From NCBI GenBank assembly GCA_963741205.1, contig CAVUHW010000018.1, positions 64,001-128,000 of the forward strand: a stretch of 64,000 bases of DNA, given 5' to 3'. This stretch comes from Nitrospirota bacterium. GTDB taxonomy: Bacteria; Nitrospirota; UBA9217. This document shows, in pieces, positions 19,639-30,658 of this stretch. Numbering within the stretch: position 1 is the first letter of the stretch; each line of letters opens with the position of its first letter. Made by a program: the position numbers and the translations under genes. The notes under the pieces were generated by a model. That model was not told where the DNA came from. It ran no database searches and saw only the letters and a list, made by a program, of their open reading frames with translations.

Positions 19639-20878
19639 ATGAGCAACGAAAACATGGCACAAACGGAAAACTTCCGCGGTACGTTCATGGATAAACTGCG
19701 GATGGGCATGACATGGCAGGAGTATACGCGCAGCCTGATCACGCCCTTTAACATCATCGCGGCGATCATCCTCGCCATCGGCATCCCGGTGATCGTCATA
19801 CGCTTCATGCAGGGGCTGTCCTTCGCGACCCATGCATCCAACGAGTATCCCTGGGGACTGCTGCTCGGGTGGGGCCTCTTCGGGGGCGTTCCCCTCTCAG
19901 CCACCGGGTTTGTCATGGCCACGGCCTATTATATCTTCGGGTTCAAGGCCTATCACCCGCTGGTGCGGCTCGGCGTTCTGACGGGCCTGCTCGGGTATTT
20001 CTTCGCCGTCATCTATCTCATGATCGACCTCGGACGGCCATGGCGTATCTATTTCCCGATGATCATCGGGTTCGGAACGGCCTCGGTCCTCTTTCTCGTG
20101 GCATGGCATGTGGCGACGTATCTCACGGTCCAGATCCTCGAGTTCAGCCCTGCAATCCTCGAGTGGCTGAAATCAAAGCGCATCCGCCGCTGGGCCCTCA
20201 TGACCACCATCGGCATGACGATCGCGGGCATCATCCTCTCGACGCTGCACCAGTCGGCGCTCGGCGCCATGTTCCTGCTGGCGCCCGGGAAACTACACCC
20301 GCTCTGGTATTCGACCTACATCCCCGTCCTGTTCCTGAGTTCGAGCATCTACGCGGCGCTTTCCATGGTAATCGTCGTCAGCACGCTCGCCGCGCGATAC
20401 CTCAGCCACAGGGCGGATCATACGTTCCTCAGCAACCTGGACAGCCTGACGCTGGGACTGGGCAAGGGCGCCGTGGTCGGGATCTACGTCTACTTCGCGC
20501 TGAAGCTGATCGCCGTGGCCCACGACGACAACTGGGCGCTTCTGATGACGCCGTACGGATACTGGTTCCTCGTTGAGCTCTTCGGCTTCGTACTCCTTCC
20601 CGCCGTCGTGCTGAGCTACGGGGTCAAGTCGGAACGCGCGGGACATCGTGAGGTTCGGCGCCTTTTTCGCCGTCCTCGGCATTCTGGTGAACAGGATGAA
20701 TGTATCCATCGTGGCCTTTAACTGGAACCTGCCGGATCACCTGCATCACATCGTTCCGCCGTGGCAGGAGGTCGCCATCGTGGCAGCGGTTGCAACGATG
20801 CACATACTCATATTCCGGTGGATTGTGAACAGGATGCCGGTCATTCGCGAGGACACGAGCTACCACGAACTTCATTAG
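19639..20878 (+). CDS. hmcC: NrfD/PsrC-family membrane subunit, HmcC/HybB-like; frameshift near 20640
   Basis: YPWGL, DLGRPWR, STLHQSALGAMFLLAPGKLHPLWYS, NRMNVSIVAFNW. Confidence 0.88.
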
Positions 20879-20885
20879 AACCCCG

Positions 20886-20923
20886 AGGGAGGGTGCATTT
20901 TCGTTCGGAGAATGCACCCTCCC
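20886..20923 (+). terminator. Stem-loop after the hmcC-like gene
   Basis: gggagggtgcattt...aatgcaccctccc. Confidence 0.55.
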
Positions 20924-21101
20924 ATCTCCCCGGATGACGATAAGAGACCCCGAATGCCGGTCAGATCCCGGGGCAGCTCTCGATAGGAGTCGTGATGGAT
21001 TCCTCCAAACCGGCCATCAGAAGTGTCACGAGACGAGACATGCGGCCGCCGGGTCGTTGAGTACGAACCAGCGGTGGGATGTCGATAGCGGGGGATGCGT
21101 T

Positions 21102-22547
21102 ATGAAAATCCGGAACATAGTACTGCTTACCGCGCTGTTATTATCACTACTGGTCACGCGGCCGATTGACCGCGTAGAGGCGAATGACGCCCCCCCGGAG
21201 AAGAACAGGCAATGCCTCGGTTGCCACGGCAAGCAGGAAATCACCATACACTTCCAGGACGACGAGTCGGTATCAGGCCAGATTGATGAAAAAAAACTAA
21301 ACTCGTCAGTCCATTCCTCGTTTTTCTGTACCGATTGTCATTCCGAATTCTCGGCATACAGCCACCCAAAAAGGAATTTCCGCAACCGGGAGCAATACCG
21401 GGTCCGTGCTTCCCTCGCCTGCAGACGCTGTCATTCGGACGAACAGATCAGGACCAGGCCCGTTCATCTCGACGTGTTACGCGGCGAGAAGTCGGGCAAT
21501 CCGCCGGTCTGCGTCGACTGCCACGGGGCACACACCGTCATTCGCGTCACGAGAAAAAAATCGCTGAGTGACGAGGCAAAACGCTGCCTTCAGTGCCACC
21601 GGCAGGATGTCCAGCTGTCATATCAGAACGGTGAGCGCCGTTCTGTATCCGTCGACCCCGCGCACCTCGAGGCATCCGCCCACAATAAACTCAGTTGTTC
21701 CGACTGCCATTATGGCTTTTCCTCAGAAGAACACCCGAAACGGCACTTCCGGACCCAGCGGGATATGACGATAGCGTCCGCCGAACTGTGCAGGCGGTGT
21801 CATTTCGACATATACACCAAGTTCCAGGACAGCATCCACTATACCAAACTCAGCCAGGGAATGCTCAATGCCCCGGTCTGTACCGACTGCCATGGAGCTC
21901 ACTCAATCGCGTCGGTCGGCAAGGAGCGCATAGCAAGCGCCGGCCGCTGTCGGAAATGCCATCTCGACACGTACAATGTTTACGCGAAAAGCGTTCACGG
22001 AGGCGCACTGCTGAACGAGCACAACAAGGACGTACCCGTTTGCGTGGACTGCCATAAAACTCACGATATCCAGAGTCCAGGCACCATTGAATACCGGGAG
22101 CGGATCCCGGAAATGTGCAGTAAGTGCCACGCCAATAAAGAAATCATGGGAAGATACGGACTGTCCACGGACGTCATGAAGACCTACCTCTCAGATTTTC
22201 ACGGCGTCACGCTGGGGTTTTACATAAAACAGAAAAACCTGCTCCCCAAACAAATGAAGTCAATCGCCGTGTGTACCGACTGTCATGGCACGCACAACAT
22301 CAACAGTACGGTAGGTCCTGACGCGACCATCGTCAAGGCGAACCTCGTACAGCGATGCCGAAAATGCCATGCTGACGCAACCGAGGACTTTCCCGATGCG
22401 TGGATATCCCACTACAAGTCGAGCCTGCAGCGGGCGCCGCTTATTTTTATCATCAGCATATTTTACCGGATATTCACGCCTATCATGGTCATCGGTCTGG
22501 TGCTGCAGATACTGCTGCACATCTGGCGTTATGCGGTAAACCGGTGA
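21102..22547 (+). CDS. 13-heme cytochrome c with C-terminal TM helix (CbcA/CbcL-cytochrome-like)
   Basis: Likely start MKIRN with signal peptide; 13 CxxCH motifs counted by eye (CLGCH to CRKCH); repeated SVH/SIH..CxDCH units; hydrophobic tail. Confidence 0.9.
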   Translation: MKIRNIVLLTALLLSLLVTRPIDRVEANDAPPEKNRQCLGCHGKQEITIHFQDDESVSGQIDEKKLNSSVHSSFFCTDCHSEFSAYSHPKRNFRNREQYRVRASLACRRCHSDEQIRTRPVHLDVLRGEKSGNPPVCVDCHGAHTVIRVTRKKSLSDEAKRCLQCHRQDVQLSYQNGERRSVSVDPAHLEASAHNKLSCSDCHYGFSSEEHPKRHFRTQRDMTIASAELCRRCHFDIYTKFQDSIHYTKLSQGMLNAPVCTDCHGAHSIASVGKERIASAGRCRKCHLDTYNVYAKSVHGGALLNEHNKDVPVCVDCHKTHDIQSPGTIEYRERIPEMCSKCHANKEIMGRYGLSTDVMKTYLSDFHGVTLGFYIKQKNLLPKQMKSIAVCTDCHGTHNINSTVGPDATIVKANLVQRCRKCHADATEDFPDAWISHYKSSLQRAPLIFIISIFYRIFTPIMVIGLVLQILLHIWRYAVNR

Positions 22548-22563
22548 TACGGAGGTAAAGAAA

Positions 22564-23319
22564 ATGAACAGGATCACGGCAAAGAGCGGGCGGACCGACG
22601 AGCCGCATCAGGCGTTTCGGTCCGTACCGGATCATTGAGCACTGGATGCACGCGATGGTTTTCATCATACTCGTCATCACGGGATTGTCTCAGAGGTTTT
22701 ATACCTATGACCTCTCGCAGTGGATCGTATTACGCCTCGGTGGAATAGATGCTGTCAGGCTCATGCACCGCGTCCCGGATTTATCCTCATCCTCTTGTTC
22801 GTCCAGCACGTTCTTATCGCCGCCTGGGGGGTCATCCAGATGAGGTGGCAGGCATCGATGGTCATCCAGGTAAAAGACTATCAGAACGCGATTGCGAACC
22901 TCAGGTATTACTTCGGGCAGAGAAGCCATCCTGCCTCCTGCGATCGTTACGATTACAAACAAAAATTCGATTACTGGGGGGTCCTGGTCAGCAATATCAT
23001 CATGATCTTCACCGGGCTCATACTCTGGTTCCCCATAACGACGACAAAGTTTTTTTACGGTGAATTTATCCCCGCGGCAAACGTCATACATACGAACCAG
23101 TCGTTGCTCGTTATCCTCATTATCGTTATATGGCACATCTATAACTCCATCTTCAGCCCTGATATTTTCCCCTTCGACACGAGCATCCTGACGGGATACC
23201 TTACGAGGGAGAGGATGGTCCGTGAACATCCCGTTGAACTCGCTCGGATGGAAGCGCCCGCGGGGAAAAAAATCAATCCGCATCTTCCCTTGCGTGAAAA
23301 GGAAATAAGCACCGGATAG
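22564..23319 (+). CDS. Di-heme cytochrome b subunit (FdnI/CbcB-like); frameshifted
   Basis: IRRFGPYRIIEHWMH..LVITGL, RLMHR, RYDYKQKFDYWG, TGLILWFP, IWHIYN, MVREHPVEL. Confidence 0.85.
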
Positions 23320-23444
23320 ACGCCTCTTTTGACCTTGCCATTCCGCATTGTGGCCCAATCCGTATTTGCCTATTCCCCGATAAAGGAGTATACTTTATAA
23401 GTTTCCTTGCCGGCATTCCGCAGAGAGGCGAGGAATGATCTCCC

Positions 23445-25254
23445 ATGCAGAAGAAGCTGATTATCGCACTCATTATCTATGTCATCGTTCTGTCAGCGGG
23501 TCTCGGCATCGTCAGCACGATTGCCGTCAACGACGCCATAGACCGGACATTGCAGAAAAGCATCACCTCGACGCAGACCATTGCAAACCAACTGGATTTT
23601 CTCCTCCAAACAAACATCACCAGATTATACGATATCTCGCTCTCGGGTAAGATAAACCTCGATGAGAAAAACTGGTCGCCGGTAAAACGGCTGCTCGAAT
23701 CAATTTATCAGTACTCGATCTTCACGGAAGGGGTTTTTCTCCTGGACAGGCACGGCAACACCATCCTTACCTATCCGGCCCGTGATTACAGCAGGGAAAA
23801 CCTGCTATTCATCCCCTGGGTGAGCCGGGTCCTGACCGAGGGCAAGCCGATCATATCCAACGTGTACACTATCGAACCGATCAAAAAACCGCTCATATTC
23901 GTCCTCGTCCCCCTGAGAAATACGGCGGGAGAAATCGTTGGCGCGGCGGGCGGCGCGGTCAATCCGACCAATTCCGTCATGAGCAGGATTCTCCGCGCCG
24001 TTTCTTCGGAGACAGAGAACCATTACCTGGAAATTATCGACTCCAACGAGGTCGTCGTGGCAGCCGACAAGAGTTCCCGCGTCCTGGGACATCACGACCA
24101 CGACGGAGCCCTGGCGAAAATGATCAAGGAGTGCAAGTCGGGCATAAAAAGCTGCGCCCATGGTTTTTCCCAGGGTGTTGGAGCGGAGAAAACGGAGGAT
24201 GTTCTGGTGGTTGTGCCGCTTCAGTCGGTATCCTGGGCCGTCGTCTTCGGTCAGCCCAAGGATGAAGTCTCCCTGCCGGCGCGGCAGCTGCGAAACAAGT
24301 TTATTTTGCTTGCCTTGATCTTCACCGGCATGGCGATCATCTTTTCGCTCGGCATCAGCAGGAACATCGTAAGTCCCATTCGACTCGCTCATCGCCGCGA
24401 CGGACCGAATCGGACAGGGTGATCTCTCGGTTCCCGTGGGAAATATCGGCAGCGACGAAATTGCCGTGCTCGGAAAGAGTTTTGACGACATGCGGGAGCA
24501 GTTGGCAAGATCACTCGAAAGCATCCAGCGCCAGAACAGTGAGCTTGAAGAGCGGGTAAAGAGTCGGACTCAACAGCTGGAGGAAAAACAGCACGCGAAT
24601 ATAGCCCTCCTGAAGCAGTTGATCACCTCCCAGGAGGACGAACGAAAGAGGATCGCCCGGGAACTCCATGACGAGTCGCTCCAGACGCTCTCGGCCATAC
24701 TCATGAATATCGAGATGTGCCGGCTTCGTCCCGAGTTGATAAATCAGGAAAAGGTGACCCAGATGAAAGATACCGTCACGACGGTCATCAATGAAATGAG
24801 CAAGGTCATCCAGAACCTCCGTCCGACGGTGCTCGATGATCTCGGATTCGAAGCGGCAATTGTCTGGCTGGCGGACCGGAACCTCAAGGACAAGAGCATC
24901 CACTGCACCCTGAATATGAGCGGACTGGCCGAAGAACGGATCTCGCCGGAGCTCCAGATCACACTCTTCCGGATCATTCAGGAAACGACCATGAATATTG
25001 CCAGGCATTCCAGAGCGACGCATGTCTTCATCGATATCAAGACGGACAGGGAAAGATTCACCATGACCATCCAGGATGACGGCATCGGGTTCGATCCTTC
25101 GGCACCGATGGAGAATTTACAGACGGGGCGTGGGCTGGGGGTCCAAGGCATGAGGGAAAGGGCCGCGCAGATAAACGGCGAATTGCAAATCTGTTCCACG
25201 CCCACCGGGGGAACGACCATTCAGTGCAGCGTCCCGCTCAAACTGGAGGCATAA
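23445..25254 (+). CDS. Cache/HAMP sensor histidine kinase (HisKA_3, NarX/DegS-type); frameshift near 24390
   Basis: Two TMs around a periplasmic domain; DEIAVLGKSFDDMR HAMP; QEDERKRIARELHDE; LRPTVLDDLG; DDGIGFD, GLGVQGMRERA. Confidence 0.9.
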
Positions 25255-25255
25255 T

Positions 25256-25918
25256 ATGGGTTTGAAGACAAGAATTCTGATCGCCGACGATCATGCCCTG
25301 GTGCGCCAGGGAATCGCCTCGTTTCTTCATATATCAGACGCCTATGAGGTCGTAGGAGAGGCGGCGGACGGCGTGGAAGCCATCCAGTCGGTAAAGAAAT
25401 ACAAACCGGATGTTGTACTCATGGACATTTCCATGCCGAAGCTCGGCGGGCTCGAAGCGACCCTGGAAATCAAAAAGATCAATCCCGCCATCAAGATCCT
25501 GGTGCTGACTCAGTATGAGGACACGGTGTACATCAGGCGCTTTTTCAAGGCCGGCGCGTCCGGCTACCTGCTCAAAAAAGCAGTTGGCTTGGAACTGCTC
25601 ACCGCGATCGAGACCGTTATGTCGGGAAAGATGTACGTTCATCCTTCCATCGCAACAAGCGTGGTGGACGGCTACCTCGGTGTGCAAAAGGGGGAGCCGG
25701 TTGAGGATACGTACGATTCACTGACGGATCGTGAAAAACAGGTCCTGAAGCTCATCGCGGAGGGATGTACGCAAAAAGAGGCGGCCGACATGCTTGCTAT
25801 CAGCGTGAAAACCGTCATCACTCACCAAACCAACATCAGTGAAAAACTCAAGATTCACACTCGTGCCGGCCTGATCAAGTTTGCGATTCAGAAGGGAATC
25901 ATCAAGATAGAGGGGTGA
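25256..25918 (+). CDS. NarL/LuxR-family response regulator
   Basis: ILIADDH, DVVLMDISMP, GASGYLLK, LTDREKQVLKLIAEG HTH. Confidence 0.95.
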   Translation: MGLKTRILIADDHALVRQGIASFLHISDAYEVVGEAADGVEAIQSVKKYKPDVVLMDISMPKLGGLEATLEIKKINPAIKILVLTQYEDTVYIRRFFKAGASGYLLKKAVGLELLTAIETVMSGKMYVHPSIATSVVDGYLGVQKGEPVEDTYDSLTDREKQVLKLIAEGCTQKEAADMLAISVKTVITHQTNISEKLKIHTRAGLIKFAIQKGIIKIEG

Positions 25919-25928
25919 GACGAAGCAG

Positions 25929-26213
25929 CTATATCCTGCCGTCAACCATCTCCCGCATCTCTTTGCCGGCCTTGAAGAAGGGCACTTTTTTCGGCGGCAC
26001 CTGGACTGTCTCGCCGGTCTTGGGGTTCCTGCCTTCCTTGGCCCGCCGGTGGCGGACCCGAAAGCTCCCGAACCCCCGGATCTCGACCTTGTCTTCCCGG
26101 GACAGGGCGTCCTTGATGCCGTCGAGCACGGTATTCACGACGACCTCCACCTGTTTCCTGGTCAATCCTGGCTTCTTCTCGGCTATCTTGTCTACCAACT
26201 CCGCCTTTGTCAT
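25929..26213 (-). CDS. ihfB: Integration host factor beta / HU-family protein
   Basis: MTKAELV...VEIRGFGSF...GRNPKTGE...VPFFKAGKEMREMV; follows rpsA-sppA. Confidence 0.92.
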   Translation of the reverse strand: MTKAELVDKIAEKKPGLTRKQVEVVVNTVLDGIKDALSREDKVEIRGFGSFRVRHRRAKEGRNPKTGETVQVPPKKVPFFKAGKEMREMVDGRI

Positions 26214-26238
26214 GCAAAACCCTCCTGGAAGTAAAAAA

Positions 26239-26306
26239 GTACAGAGTTCAACGTTCAGCGTTCAGAGTAGGGGTGTCCCGCAACTATGAGCTATGAACTT
26301 TGAACC
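26239..26306. repeat. Opposed heptamer repeat arrays
   Basis: gttcaac-gttcagc-gttcaga ... ctatgag-ctatgaa-ctttgaa. Confidence 0.6.
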
Positions 26307-26317
26307 GGTTCTGGTTT

Positions 26318-27214
26318 CTAGCGATACTGTAACGACAGCGTGTTTCCGCTGAGCCCCCTGGTGATGACATCGCCGATCCAGGCCGCGGATTCTTCTTTTA
26401 AGTAATCGAGAAACGGGATCTTTTTCTTTTTCTCGATGATCTTCGGTTTTCCCTTGATACCCGCCAGCGTCCCCGCGAGCTGAATGCTGTCCGAAAGGTC
26501 TCCCAGCTTGTCAACGAGTTTAAGCGTGAGCGCCTGGCGACCGGTGAAGATGCGGCCGTCGGCAATGGCCTTCACCTCCGCCGCAGGCAGGCCCCGCCCT
26601 TCGGAAACGGCTTCGATGAACTGACTGTGAACGTCGTCGATGACGTCCTGGAGCAACTGCTTCTCGTGATCGGTCATGTCCCGGAACGGAGATCCGATGT
26701 CCTTGTATTCCCCCGCCTTCACTACCATCCCCTTGACGCCGATCTTCTCCAGGAGCTTCTCGACGCTGGCAAACTCCATCTTAACGCCGATGCTGCCGGT
26801 GAGCGTCCCCGGGTTTGCCACGATCTTGTCCGCGGCGGCCGCCACATAGTACCCTCCCGACGCAGCGACGGTTCCCATTGACGCGACGATCTTTTTCCCT
26901 TCCCGTTTGGCGTTCTTGACGGCGTTATAGATTTCCTGCGACGCCACGACGCCGCCCCCGGGACTGTCGATCCGGAGCACGATGGCTTTGATGGACGAGT
27001 CTTCGGCATAGTCCGTCAGTTCGTCCACCACGTCGTCGGAGTTCACGAGGAGTCCTTCGATCTTTACGAGCGCCACGTTTCCCCCTCCCACCGTCAGGGG
27101 AACGGAGGTCCGCCTGCCCCCGGAGAGAAACGAGGCAAGCGCCAGAATAGCGACGAACAAAACTCCCAGCGCCGCGGCGGTCGCGATGATGATCAGGAAA
27201 GGATTCCGCTTCAT
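26318..27214 (-). CDS. sppA: Signal peptide peptidase SppA (S49)
   Basis: LRIDSPGG, AASGGYY, GTLTGSIGV, KAGEYKD, DGRIFTG. Confidence 0.95.
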   Translation of the reverse strand: MKRNPFLIIIATAAALGVLFVAILALASFLSGGRRTSVPLTVGGGNVALVKIEGLLVNSDDVVDELTDYAEDSSIKAIVLRIDSPGGGVVASQEIYNAVKNAKREGKKIVASMGTVAASGGYYVAAAADKIVANPGTLTGSIGVKMEFASVEKLLEKIGVKGMVVKAGEYKDIGSPFRDMTDHEKQLLQDVIDDVHSQFIEAVSEGRGLPAAEVKAIADGRIFTGRQALTLKLVDKLGDLSDSIQLAGTLAGIKGKPKIIEKKKKIPFLDYLKEESAAWIGDVITRGLSGNTLSLQYR

Positions 27215-27220
27215 GGCGAA

Positions 27221-28915
27221 TCAGCTCCGTTCTTTCAGCAGCGCCCCGATGCTCATATCGGGTTTTTCCTGCTGGTTCGAATATTCCCGCAGGCTCGACC
27301 GGTCCTGGCCTTTGACCTGCGCCTTGATGGAAAGCGCGATCTTGCGGTCGCCCCGGTCCACTTTGATGACGCGGGCGGTCACTTCGTCGCCCTCCTTGAT
27401 CTCCGGGGAGTCCTTCGGGACCTCCGATGCAGGTATCAGCCCCTCGATGCCGTGCTCAAGCCCAACGAACATGCCAAAATCGGCCTTTTTCGTCACCTTC
27501 ACCTTTTCATCCTGGCCGACCTTGTACCGCTCCGGAATGGCCTTGTCCCAGGGGTCCGGGGTCAGCTGCTTGAGCCCCAGCGAAATCCGCTCTTTCGCGG
27601 GGTCAAGGGCGAGGACCACGGCCTTGGTCTTCTGGCCTTTCTTGAGCACCTCGGAAGGGTGCTTGACGTGCCTGGTCCATGACAGGTCGGAGATATGGAT
27701 GAGGCCGTCGATGCCTTCCTCGATGCCGACGAATGCGCCGAAATCGGTGACGGTCTTGACCTTGCCCTCGACCTCGGAGCCCACGGGATACCGTTCACCG
27801 ATAGTCTGCCAGGGATTGGGCATGTTCTGTTTCATCCCGAGGGAAATACGCTTGCCCGCGGGATCGACGGAAAGCACATGCGCCTCGATCACTTCACCTG
27901 CGGTCACGACCTTGGACGGATGCTTGATCTTCTGGGTCCAGGACATCTCGGAAACATGGACCAGCCCTTCAATGCCTTGTTCCAGTTCCACAAATGCGCC
28001 ATAGTCGGTCAGGCTCATCACCTTGCCCCGTACCCTGCTGCCGACGGGGTACTTCTCCGCGACCGAGAGCCAGGGGTCCTGGGTCTTCTGCTTCATGCCG
28101 AGCGACACCTTCTGTTTTTCCCGGTCGTATTTAAGCACGACAACCTCGACCCGGTCGCCGACCTTGAGCGCCTCGGAGGGATGGTTGATCCTGCTCCAGG
28201 ATATATCGGTAATGTGCATGAGACCGTCGATGCCGCCAAGATCGACAAATGCGCCGTAGTCGGTAATGTTCTTGATGACGCCGCTCACGATCTGACCTTC
28301 GGCGAGAGAAGAGAGGGTCGCTTCTTTCTTCAGGTTCTGCTGTTGCTCCAGGATGGCCCTGCGGGAGAGCACGATATTGCCGCGGCCGGAGTTCATCTTG
28401 ATGATTTTCATCTCAAGGGTCTGGCCGACCAAACGGCCCAGGTTCTGAGTGGGCTTGGTGTCCACCTGGGAGCCTGGCAGGAACGCCTCTACGCCGCCGA
28501 TATCGACGGACAGTCCTCCCTTGATGGCGGCGAGCACTTTTCCCTTCACCGGGGCACCGGTCTGATAGGCGCTGTTCAGGTCGTCCCAGACTTGAAGTTT
28601 TTTGGCTTTGTCGCGGGAGAGCATGATGTTCCCGTTCGAGTCTTCTGCCGCCTCGAGCAGGACTTCCAGCTCGTCGCCCGGCTTCATCGTCCTTAGCTCG
28701 TCTTCCGTGAACTGTTCCACGGGGATGATGCCGTCTGATTTATACCCCAGGTCCAGCATGACAAAGCCGGACCGGATCTGCAGCACCCGTCCGCGGACCA
28801 GGGTCCCGGACTTGAACTGCTTTATGGACTGGCTGTAGAGTTTTTCAAACTCCGTTTCCTGTCCGGATGTCTTACTGTTCTCTTCGTGATCGATGTGCTC
28901 TCCTGTATCGCCCAT
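27221..28915 (-). CDS. rpsA: 30S ribosomal protein S1
   Basis: Six S1 repeats; AFLPGSQVD, ITDYGAFVDLGGIDGLMHITD, GLVHVSEMSW. Confidence 0.97.
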   Translation of the reverse strand: MGDTGEHIDHEENSKTSGQETEFEKLYSQSIKQFKSGTLVRGRVLQIRSGFVMLDLGYKSDGIIPVEQFTEDELRTMKPGDELEVLLEAAEDSNGNIMLSRDKAKKLQVWDDLNSAYQTGAPVKGKVLAAIKGGLSVDIGGVEAFLPGSQVDTKPTQNLGRLVGQTLEMKIIKMNSGRGNIVLSRRAILEQQQNLKKEATLSSLAEGQIVSGVIKNITDYGAFVDLGGIDGLMHITDISWSRINHPSEALKVGDRVEVVVLKYDREKQKVSLGMKQKTQDPWLSVAEKYPVGSRVRGKVMSLTDYGAFVELEQGIEGLVHVSEMSWTQKIKHPSKVVTAGEVIEAHVLSVDPAGKRISLGMKQNMPNPWQTIGERYPVGSEVEGKVKTVTDFGAFVGIEEGIDGLIHISDLSWTRHVKHPSEVLKKGQKTKAVVLALDPAKERISLGLKQLTPDPWDKAIPERYKVGQDEKVKVTKKADFGMFVGLEHGIEGLIPASEVPKDSPEIKEGDEVTARVIKVDRGDRKIALSIKAQVKGQDRSSLREYSNQQEKPDMSIGALLKERS

Positions 28916-28974
28916 GAAACTTCCCTACCTCCCAAAAGTAAATTCCGCTCTTAATATCGATACCCCAAATTTTG

Positions 28975-29826
28975 TCATGTGATATGTGATTTGGTCTCAA
29001 TGGCCCGTAATCTTTCCAAAACCCCTTCCACGATCCAGTCGGGCGTTGATGCCCCCGCCGTCACCCCGATCGAGCTGACGCCCTCCAGCCACTCAGGCTG
29101 GATTTCTTCGGCCAGCTCGATATGATAGGTGGGTTTGCCCTCCTGCCGGCAGAGATCCGCCAGCCTGCTCGTATTAGCGCTGTTGCGACCTCCTACCACC
29201 AGCATGACATCAACCTGGCTGGCGAGGACGCGGGCCGCTTCCTGTCGTTCCTTTGTTGAGCTGCAGATCGTATTAAAGACCTTTAATTCCTTGGAAAGCC
29301 GCAATAACTTTAGCACAATTTCGGAAAAATTGCTATAAGATTGCGTGGTTTGCGCCACAATGCCGAGCCGGGTCCGAAGTTTCATGCCGTCGGCATCCTC
29401 GGCCGTTTCCAGGACGACGGCAGTCATCACCGGCATGGCCGAGGATGCTCTGCACCTCCGGATGCTTTTTCTCCCCCACCACGATCACCTGGTATCCTTC
29501 TTTATTAAGCGCCTCCGCGTAGCGCTGCGCCTTTCCGACAAAGGGGCAGGTCAAGTCGATGATCGTAAGGCCGATGCCGCGGGCCTGGTCAAGGACGCGG
29601 GGAGGCACCCCGTGCGATCGGATAATGAGGGAGTCCCCGGCTTCAACGTGGAAAAATCGTCAATGGTCTCGATGCCGGCGCGGCGCAACCGCTCGACTTC
29701 CTGCGGGTTGTGAATGAGCGGTCCGAAACAGTAGACGCGCCCCTTGCCTGCCGCTTCGTAAGCCGTATTGATCGCCCGCTTTACGCCGAAGCAAAACCCC
29801 GCTTTGTCTGCAAGAAAAATTTCCAT
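28975..29826 (-). CDS. ispH: 4-hydroxy-3-methylbut-2-enyl diphosphate reductase; frameshifted
   Basis: AGFCFGVKRA, GPLIHNP, IDLTCPFV, QTTQ, NTICSSTKERQ, GGRNSANT, GVTAGASTP. Confidence 0.93.
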
Positions 29827-29832
29827 CGTACC

Positions 29833-30512
<680 letters not shown>

Positions 30513-30658
30513 TAGTCTTATGCGTCAAGCTACTCCAGGTCATGTAAGTTCCCGCGCAAGCGCGTAGAGTCCAATGGCTGTTTAAAGACTATTCGAAATG
30601 CGCTTCCCGATGCGTCTTATTTCGGCCATGCGCTATAAGAACAGTCTTATACCTACAA

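Noticed and set aside
18622-20878. HybAB of a hydrogenase-2 or the membrane arm of nitrite/polysulfide reductase
   Set aside because: No catalytic subunit or maturation genes are adjacent. The c3 cytochrome and HmcD-like peptides favour an Hmc-like call.
20934-21101. 56-aa N-terminal extension of the 13-heme cytochrome ORF
   Set aside because: The signal peptide starts at MKIRN (21102) after a purine-rich RBS-like stretch, so the extension is an ORF-caller artefact.
27186-28696. Long plus-strand ORFs opposite rpsA (likewise opposite hisC, pheA, glgB and cyt b)
   Set aside because: These are antisense shadows, typical of GC-rich codon bias, with no recognisable motifs.
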